DNA of 20,000 nt, taken from contig JBNGIO010005971.1 in NCBI GenBank assembly GCA_049999805.1, forward strand, positions 47,004 through 67,003, in the 5' to 3' direction. Shown piece by piece: positions 9,194-17,738 of this stretch. Both the position numbers and the translations under genes were made by a program. The stretch comes from Folioceros fuciformis. Lineage: Eukaryota. Position 1 is the stretch's first letter, and each line of letters opens with the position of its first letter. Under the pieces are notes generated by a model. It had not been told where the DNA came from. It made no database searches and saw only the letters and a list, made by a program, of their open reading frames with translations.

Positions 9194-10763
9194 TCACTTG
9201 GAGCACAGCTCCTCGATGTCTCCACATATTTCAGCCCCAGCCTTGGGTTGCTTGGAGATGACGAGCTGGCCACAGGCACCTGCAATGTCTTGTCCCATCT
9301 CTTGCCGCACTGTTGTGCGCAAACCGTATTGTTCCCTCACAACCTTCTGGAAACGAGACAGGCTTTCCTCGCTGCTTCTTTCGTATCCGGCAGTGACACT
9401 CACTGGGTTGTAGGGAATGAGATTTACAACCTGCAAATCAGATACCTCACGTCAACTACTTGTCGAGGTGATCCTCCCTGTGACAACACTTACTTGATCC
9501 ATACGGCCCGAAAGAGACTGAACTCACAACTTTGCGATCCTGTAAGAGAGACCCCAGCTGATGTGCGTGGAGCTCAGAGTCATTAATGCCGGCGATCATT
9601 ATGTACTCGATCAGCACGCTGTTCCCACTGTTGAGATGAAACCACAACATTTGTCAGTGTGCGCATCAGGCTTCAACAGCAGCAACAAACTCTGAGTGAT
9701 CATACGTGGCCGTTTGGTAGGAAGCTACAGCCGCCATGAGCTTGTCCAAGGGGTAGGCTCCGGCCACAGGAATGATTTGCCGACGAAGCTCCTGGTTGCA
9801 GGCATGCAAGGACAGAGCCAGGTTCACTCCAGGCAAGTCACTGGCAAGGGACATGATCCGAGGAATGACACCGACCTGAAAGGACGACAGGAAAAAGGTT
9901 CAATTCCAATCATCACTAGCAGCATAAAACTACACGCATCTGATCTGATGCCCAAAAACTACCGAACATGACTACTGCCAATAGCATCACTGCAAACTGT
10001 CACCGTGGATATGGTGATGTGATGTTGAGACAAGCCGAAGGCATCACTCGTAACAGCCTTGACAGCTTGCACAACAGCAGCATAGTTATTCAGAGGCTCC
10101 CCCATGCCCTGCAGCAACCAAGTGCGGCCTCAGCAAGCGATCGAACAAAAAGCAGCTGAAACTGAAGCAACCCTTGGACTGGAATGGAAACAAGGACGCA
10201 CACACCATGAACACGATGTTGCGCACAGGAGCAATCCGCGAGGCGTGCACGACCTGCTCCACAATCTCCCCGGCAGTGAGGTTGCCCTTGAACCCCATGG
10301 TACCCGTGGCGCAGAAGGTGCACGCCATCTTGCACCCGACCTGCGACGAGACGCAGAGCGTGGATCGCAAACCCTTGCCAGCGCGTGTGGCGCGCGGACC
10401 CCCGGCGAACGTCCCGTTGGAGGCATCGTGCCGCATGAGCACCGCCTCCACATCCTGTCCGTTCTGCAGCGAGATGAGCAGCTTGGTAGTACTCCCGTCT
10501 GTGGAGGTGCGTTGCGAGCGCACCCGAGACGTCAGGCTCCTGAAGCGCGACCTCAGCAGCGGGTACGCCGCCGCCGGCAGGTCTGGCACCTCATGCGCCT
10601 GCCCTATGCCATCTCCATCCTCTGCCTTTCCATCCTGCTGCCGCTGCTGCAGAACGTGCTTCCAGATGCGCCGGACGTGAACTGGCTTCACTGCGACGCT
10701 GGCCAGCTGCGCCTGCAGAAACTGCTCATCGAAAATGCTGTGGCACGCCATACCGGCCTCCAT
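9194..10763 (-). CDS. rlmN: RlmN-like radical-SAM RNA (adenine C2) methyltransferase, 5 exons, ~389 aa
   Basis: Exons 10763-10206, 10108-10004, 9875-9706, 9627-9528 and 9430-9194 (1170 nt, all GT-AG). Motifs: [21 protein letters not shown] (CxxxCxxC), [47 protein letters not shown] and [11 protein letters not shown] (methyl-carrier Cys). Confidence 0.95.
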
Positions 10764-11417
10764 CCTCAGCCGCTTCCGCCTTCAACACTAGTCTGTCATA
10801 TGACTTACATCTTTCACATGCTTCCCTTGTCCCACACTCTCCGTCTGTCACATGTCTGCATGTTTAAACTCCTTCCCCTTCCATAGTCGCCTTCCACAGG
10901 CTTCCTTTCGACAGTGCCTTATCTTTGCCATGCTTCAAGCTTCACCCATTCTGAGCCAATCTCTCTGGCATGGGACAGGAGGGCTAGAAGTTAGTGATGG
11001 TAGAAACCCTCGAGTTTAATGGTGAAACCCTCGTGGGCTGGCCACCACACTGCCCATTCTATTCCACAACTTGACAACTTCAGCATTAGTTCAGATGCTT
11101 CTCTCCAAGCAGCTGTCTAGTCTAGTTACAGAATCAACCTCTGCATAGCCCAGTTGTCAGCTGTACTTACAAAACACATGCATTAGCGTTCTCGCTTGTG
11201 TGAATCTGTGTGCTTAGTTCTTCATCCCTTTTTGGTTGGTGTCCTCCGGTCTCCTTCCTTGGCCTCGGGGACGCTCGTCTTCGTGTTGTTCTTCTTCCTG
11301 GCCCCTGGCCAACAAGCGCCGAGCAACGCGAGCGGCTGGCAGCAGCGTGTGGGATGAGCTGCCGGCCGGGTGCAGCTCCCACCCCAGTCCCAGGCCCAGG
11401 CCCAGGCCCGCGCGGCC
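10764..11417. promoter_or_regulatory. Candidate bidirectional promoter / 5' UTR region between divergent start codons
   Basis: Only 654 nt separate the head-to-head ATGs. A direct repeat atggt(a)gaaaccctcg (telo-box-like) occurs at 10997 and 11019, next to TGGGCT (site II-like) at 11034. Confidence 0.5.
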
Positions 11418-13638
11418 ATGGCTGGCGGCTCCGGGACGGGGGTATGGAACCTGCCGCAAGACGTGGCGAGGGTGGTCCTGGGCTGCGTCCAGGACCCCTT
11501 GGACCTGGCGTCCGCGGCCAGCGCGTGCCGCTACCTGAGGGACGCGGCGCTCGCCGCTCCCTGCCGCCTGCGCCTTCGCCCCCCGCAGGCGGCTCACCAT
11601 CAGAAGTGGACGGTTGCCGTGCTGGCCTGGCTCCGCCGCCTCCTGCCGCATACCCGCGCGCTTGATCTGGCCGGCTGCCCCATCTTCGATCAGGATGTCG
11701 CACTCCTGCTCCACGACCTCCACGACCTGGACTGCCTCCTCCTCGACAACTGCCAGAAACTGTGCGCCCTCTCTTCTTCATCCATCTCCTCTTATCCTCG
11801 TCTGCCACTGACTCCGGATTCCCCCCCTCTTTGCGTTTGTTTGTATGCAGGACATCCGCTGTTGCAGACAAGCTCGCCGCCTGCGTCAGCTCCGGGCCTC
11901 GGATTTTGAGTCTGCAGCGATGCTACAGGCTTGGGGCTACTGCCGCCGGCAATCTTCTGGTGGCAGCGTCGGGCCACGGATCCAGGCTGGAGTGCGTCCT
12001 GCTTAGTCATTTGGATGGACTGAATTTTCCCGCCCAGTCGCAGCAGCGGCATCTCGGCGCGGGCCTGCGAATTCTGGCTCTCCACAACTGTAGCACTCTC
12101 GGTTCTCATGACTTTGCTGCCGTGGTATGGATTCTTCAGCTGCCTTGGCTACTCTGGCTGGACTCTGCCTGCCGTAGTTTTGTGAGCTTGAATTTTTATT
12201 ATTTTTCTCCTACTTGTCTGTGTAGGCCGGGGCATCTCCTTGCCTGGAGATGCTCATGGTAGGGGGCTCTGTACATGGCTTGGGTCTGGCCAAGTCCGAT
12301 GACCTTCTTCCATACAAGGTTGCACTTGTGTCTGCTGTCCTTGTGGCCACTGTTGAAGCTCTGCCTAGGCTGCAGGTTCTGGAGATCACTTTTTTTTCGG
12401 CTCTTGTTGTTCAAGCTGTCAGGTGAGCTCCTGGCGTGCCGAATGCGTTGTTTCGCAAGCAAACAAGCTTTTTTGGCTGTAATACCCGAGTTATGCCCTC
12501 TAATGTATGAATGCAATGAGCTGACAGTCTGCGCAAATGGATGGTTGTGTAGAGACCAGGTCAGGAAAGGAGTGCTTGTCTGGGATTTTTGTGATCCAGC
12601 ATCTGTGGCGAAGGCTGCTGCAGTGCTATCTAGGTTGAAGATATCAGGTGGCCTTGGGTCGGATGCCGTACAAAGAAGAGATCCACACCATAGAACTTGT
12701 ACAGAGTGTTGTGGTGATGAGAATGACACGAGAATGGAGAACCGGATTTTACAACAGTCGGAGGAGGATGTTGCACTTGCTCTTCAGGCAGCCGCTAATT
12801 GCTCGGACGCGAGGAGGCTGACACCTTTGCATGTAGCTGCCTCTCGTGGAAATTGTGACATGATGAGAAACCTCCTCTGCACCGGTGCTTCTGCATCGGG
12901 GAAGAAGGATTTGAGCGGGGCCACTGCCTTGTTCTGGGCGGCTGAGTATGGGCATGCGGAAGCTTGTCGTATCCTTTTGAAGGCAGGTGCTGAGTTGTTT
13001 GAGAGGAACAATGGCGGAGAGACTCCCTTGTACATCGCCGCCCTCAAGGGGCATGCCGCCTCGGTTGAAGGCATCGTTGAACATTGCTGCGAGCACGGTA
13101 TCATTTGGCAAGATCCTACACTCTATTGTAAGCCTGTGCCACAGATTTACTTGTATTTTGATACGAGCATCCGACGATTTTCTGGCCTTAGGACTGGTTT
13201 TCACTTTTTTTTAACTTCGGTGCAAATGTAGGTGATGGCTGGACCCCCCTCCTGGCAGCTGCAGTGGCGGGTCACCAAGAGGAGGGTAAAATTTTGCTCT
13301 CTGCTACGGGAGATGAGAAGCTTGCTCGTCTTCTTCTGGATGCTCAAAATCGTTACGGCTTGACTGCCCTGCACATCGCTGCACGGAGGCCGTCAGTTTG
13401 GTTTGTGGAGACGTTGCTGGACGCCGGTGCGTCCTTTGATATTCGGGACAACTGGGGCCACACAGCTCTGGACCTGGCCCTCAAATTCGGTCATCAGGAT
13501 GTAGCTCAGATCCTGAGGCGACGGAAACCTTCCCTGGAACTGGCAACTAGTCCTAGTCTGAGGGGCCCAACAGTCCTAAAAGACTCCTATCTCGGAAGAA
13601 GCAGACACGGCGACATATCGAAGGTGGAGTTTCAGTAA
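11418..13638 (+). CDS. F-box / leucine-rich-repeat / ankyrin-repeat protein, 5 exons, ~598 aa
   Basis: The ATG is in a GCCATGG context. Exons 11418-11761, 11851-12124, 12226-12422, 12553-13127 and 13232-13638 (1797 nt, GT-AG) join in frame. F-box-like LPQDVARVVLGCVQDPLDLASAASACRYLR; LRRs ALDLAGC, CLLLDNCQKLT, ILSLQRCYRL and LRILALHNC; six ankyrin repeats (TPLHVAA, TALFWAA, TPLYIAA, TPLLAAA, TALHIAA, TALDLA). Confidence 0.88.
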
Positions 13639-13851
13639 GGTGGGTGTCTAAATCGGTCGTCCTGCCCTTTCCTTCGGAGGAAGGGGCTGCTGTTGTTGCA
13701 GCTGGGACACGCTCTGCTGATGACACTCAGAAATTAACCAGGTGTCCAAAGGAGCTGCGATCAGACAGCTATGGAGAACTGAGTTTTGTAGGCGCACATG
13801 CTGTGTGCCGTGTGACAACCTGCACGAGCAGAACGTAAGGTGGGCTGGGGG

Positions 13852-14090
13852 AGTTTTCCAGCAGTTTTCCAGCTGACCGATTCCGCACTTTTCGGACCCT
13901 CAATATGAAAGTTTCGGACCCTCAATATGAAAGCTCCTCCCCAAGCACTACGTCGTTCAAGGCGCCGTTCGTAATGAACCGTGAGGCTGAAACTGCGCAG
14001 GTTTCCGATGCAGCTCATTAAAGTGCACTGCGCAGTGAAGAGGAAGTGCACTGCGCAGTGAAGAGGAAGCTTTCATTAAAGAGGAAGCTT
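13852..14090. repeat. Cluster of short perfect tandem duplications (11, 22 and 23 bp)
   Basis: agttttccagc x2 (13852-13873), tttcggaccctcaatatgaaag x2 (13890-13933) and aagtgcactgcgcagtgaagagg x2 (14021-14066). aagaggaagctt is repeated at 14061 and 14079. Confidence 0.9.
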
Positions 14091-14226
14091 GTCTTCTTCG
14101 AAAGCCACATGAAGCACGCGCCTAGAGGAAGTTTTTCTAGGCTTGTTGTTTCATATTTTACTTATTTTATATTTTACACTACCAGTATAAATTACTGGAC
14201 CCCTTCCTAAGGGGTCGGTAAAGGTG

Positions 14227-17037
14227 TTTTTTTATTATACTTAAATTACAACAAAATTATACAGTTGGTAAAATTATATGGCATGTGTAAATTGATACAC
14301 CTTTTGTAATATAATCTGGTATTTTCTATGATTGAAAAAGAGATGGAAAGTCTCATCTACTCCAAAGATTGGAGGAACAACCCCATTAGGGCCAAAAGCA
14401 AAAAGATGTACTCTCCCATGCGAATATCATTTTCAAAACCTACCTACTGCTCCCAAAATGTCATGATGTGGAATAACAAAAGACCTAACTACCACCGATG
14501 CCGAAGAAGCCGCTTGACCTGTGCTTGTTGCTGTTCTAAAAATTGCATTGGCCAATGCACGTTGCAAAGCAATGGATACACGTTGTCAAAAGAAGGCCAC
14601 CACAGAGGAAAGAGGGAGAACACCATTCCTATTGCTCTGATAAACCTTGGTGCACTCCTTGATAAACCTTGAAAAGCCCCTTGCCCCATACCTCCATGAG
14701 TCTCAAGAGCAAGGGGGATGAAAGTATGCCCGTCTTGCAAGGGAGAATACTTATGGATTTTGGCACTTGCACAACTCTCTGCCGCCCCACTAGGGGGTTG
14801 ATGATGACGTGCTCACAAATCGAATCCCTAGTGGGATCCGTAACAGCCAATTCAGCAACACAAACCTATTCTCCCCTAATGAAGAAAACGTCGGCTCTAA
14901 GTGAAACCCCATTGCGCAAAGTATATGGACGCTCCCTATACGGAAGAAACCCACACTCCCTAGCCATTGAGAACATGATATCCCGAACTGCATCATGAGT
15001 GGCAATGCGGTGCCCCCCAACAAGACAACGTGCCAAATGGAACCTTGTATCAATGGCAACCCCACAACTACATGTAAAGAGAGAAAAAGCCAAGGGGTGG
15101 GCCAAACCTAAGCGAAGTCTCATCGCGGTGGCGAAAGTTGCTGGTGCGATTCGAAACGCATGAATGCAAGGTCGAGCTAAAATCCAAGAGCCCGCTCCTT
15201 TACCTGAACAAGATCGAATACAAGCTCGAGAAGACCTAGGGATGGATGAGTCTGAAAGCAGGGCTCTTAGTGCTTGGCCATATTTCTTTTCTAGGAGGGA
15301 GGCTGGAGACCCTTCAACCCTTCCCTAGAGAAGGAGGTGAAAGGAGATAGAGCCTCACGAGCCTCCAAAGGTAGAGAATCCCTCGCTTGCCTAAGAGACA
15401 CCTGTAAAGGGAAAATGCCCTCCTCAACACTTGAAATAAAACTTTCAAGAACAGGGGAATCTTGTAGCAAAAAACGAGAGGCCAAAATTTGAGCAAAGAG
15501 GGCCCTGCTTCCAAGAAAGGCGGCTGGGGCAGAGTCCTCCATGGCCAAAAGACCAACCCCTCGAAAGACGACTAGCAAAGAAGCTTGCTTCCGAGCCAAA
15601 TCACCGACAGCATACTCGAAGGTGCCTAGACCTATGATGTTCCCACGAGCTTGCATAACTTGATTGTCAAACTTCTTGAGACTTGATAAGAGAAATGGAG
15701 AAGGCGCAACAGTTTTAGTGAGGTAACATGGTCGGCGTGCAAAACAAGAAGAAAGGATACTAAACGCAATCTGAGGATCACCGATTTGTGAGAGGTCCAT
15801 AATATGAACCACATCTTCATCCAACGCTTCATCCACAAACCTATGAACAAAATCAGGAGGTCCCACAGGCACTCCCAAGACTCGAAGTCCCTGCGAGTAG
15901 GTGATATCCACCCCCCTCCCCCTCCCCCCCCCCCAAATATTGAAGGGGGGGAGTGATGCTTGAAGGGGACCAAACCCTGCATTTAAATAGCTTGACCCGC
16001 AACCCCACCTTGGAGAGCTCTGACGATAAGAAATCAAATGTTGCTTTGTTTGTGACTTCTTGCCCAAGAATATGAGTGTCATCAGCCATAGAAGGGAAAG
16101 GCATTCCCGAAATGCTAAGGTAGTAGAGGACAACGCATGAAAATGCGCCATTGCAAAAAGAGCACCCCCCTAGCGGATCTCCTTGCCTTGTACCTGTTGC
16201 TGAATCAAAAATTGAGATCCCCTCAATAGTCGGGCCGTGTTGGTAGTAGAGCTTGGATGGCGAGCCATAGAAGGAGCGAATAAAATGGGTAAGACTTGCC
16301 AATTGACCTCCTGCACTCTTGAGCTCAGAGAAGATGGCAACCCTAGAGATGGTGTTGAAAGCATTTTCAATATCAACCTGCAAAGCTACTCAGTGAGGAT
16401 GTAACTCAAGGGCCGCCAGGATGTCGAGAGCGGCAGATTCACACCCACCTGGGGTAGCAATCCCAAATTGGTGGGGTGCAAGATGCGCTTGGAAGTACTC
16501 CCGAAGTTGAATTGCGATACTTCGGCTGATAAGGCGCAAAAATACCTCCCCCACAGCAATATAGCGCACTCCTGAGGTGGGGTTTTCCAATGCAAGTAGC
16601 CTACAAGCCGCCAAAACTTGAGAGATTCGATTGGGAACTTTGCCCCTAGCCACAGCATCTGCTAGTGTGTAAAGCTCCGAAAAACCACTTGAGGGATCCC
16701 GAGGAGAAAAATAATCTAAAAAATGGTCATAAACTGTGCCAGACAAACCCCCTGAAGAAAGTCGTGGCGCAAAAGAGAGTGCATGCCCAAGAACAACCTT
16801 ATCCAAGCAAAAAGCCTCCTCGACCGTATGGTCAAGAAGATCTTGTGGTATAGTGTCATGAGGTTCTGGATGAAGGGCATTAAGTGCAGCAATGGTGTCC
16901 TCAGTTGCAAATGCAGCCGGCTCTGGGCGCAATGCTCTAGCAGCTCGAGCATATTCACCATCCTTGCCCAACATGAGACACCGCTTGAGACGCGCTTTAA
17001 ATGGGTCATGGCATACCTTGTCAACCTTAGCTGACTC
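14227..17037 (-). mobile_element. Decayed CRE-like non-LTR retrotransposon (RT + CCHC zinc knuckle + restriction-like endonuclease), 5' part displaced by a copia insertion
   Basis: Ordered motifs on the minus strand: GEYARAARAL, RYIAVGEVFLRLISR, HQFGIATPGGCE, QVDIENAFN, GTRQGDPLGG, SMADDTHI, RVLGVPVG, GAGSWI, MRLRLGL, CSCG..HLARC, THDAVRD, RADV..AELAV, K.HKY, FIPLALETHG, QRVSIALQRA. There are stops (e.g. TGA at 16392-16390) and frameshifts. The putative 3' end is AATAAAAAAA at 14236-14227. Confidence 0.9.
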
Positions 17038-17283
17038 TGTTAGAAATCAAGCTCTAACTGAATTGTTATTAAGAGCATACAACACTTAGGATAGTGTAGA
17101 TTATCCCATATTGAACTCGTAGTTATCTATCACCTAAGTGTTATCAGGATATACTAGGATATTGCATCCTTGAGACTAAGGCTTACCCTATCGAAGGTTG
17201 CCCTGCCTGAATATATGTAGCATCCTGCGCACCATAAGTAAGGAACTGTGGAGTCCTTCTAGGCCTGTGGTGCTATTTCAACA
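17038..17283 (+). repeat. 5' LTR of the copia element (~246 bp)
   Basis: Begins TGTTAGAAAT and ends ATTTCAACA (imperfect terminal inverted repeat), directly followed by the PBS. The start lies where the CRE-like reading frame is cut. The partner LTR is not in the window. Confidence 0.75.
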
Positions 17284-17296
17284 TGGTACCAGAGCC
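17284..17296 (+). other. Primer binding site complementary to the initiator tRNA-Met 3' end
   Basis: TGGTACCAGAGCC, one mismatch to the usual plant TGGTATCAGAGCC, immediately after the LTR-terminal CA. Confidence 0.88.
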
Positions 17297-17738
17297 AGAG
17301 AGAGTGCCGGTGCCACCGGTGGCTATGGCGGGGGTTTGAGGCTATGGCCGTGAGCGTGCAGGTGGCTGACAACGCAAGCCATTGAGAGGCGCAGCGGCGT
17401 AGGCGGCGTAGGAACCGCAACAGGCGCTACAGGCGTAAGTGCGCGCGATAGGCGCGAAAGGGAGAGAGACTAAGGAGGAGCAGCAACTACTGGAGGCAAG
17501 CAGGCCGTGGAAGCCAAAGCAGCCCCAGGATTTGCAAGGAGGAAGGCCTGAACTTGGCAAACAGTGTTTTGTTTTTTTTGTTTTTTGTAAGCTTGAGCAA
17601 AGGCTGTTTTTGCTTAGCGAAGAGTCAGCTGCACATTCAGGAATTGTTGCGATTTGATTGAGGCTTGTGGAGTGTTGGAGCTCTACAGCAGTGCAGGGAG
17701 TTGCAGGACAAGTGTTGGTGCGTAAAGGAGCCTGAATC

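Noticed and set aside
6885..10763. Operon-like enzyme-substrate cluster of the RlmN-like gene with its tRNA targets
   Set aside because: tRNA-Tyr here has G37, so it cannot receive m2A37. Eukaryotic tRNA-Ala A37 is normally converted to m1I. Proximity does not imply a substrate relationship.
9194..10763. Cfr-type resistance gene or bacterial contamination/HGT
   Set aside because: The gene has four canonical spliceosomal introns and plant neighbours. The motifs fit the plant RlmN-like housekeeping family, and no Cfr-specific evidence is visible.
10104..11871. Long antisense ORFs (260 aa at 10104-10886 +; 234 aa at 11167-11871 -)
   Set aside because: Antisense frames of GC-rich first exons, with Arg/Pro/Gly-biased composition and no motifs.
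15853..16974. Bacterial retron, group II intron or DGR reverse transcriptase
   Set aside because: The downstream CCHC + restriction-like endonuclease, the A-rich 3' end and a dispersed 5'-truncated copy identify a non-LTR retrotransposon.
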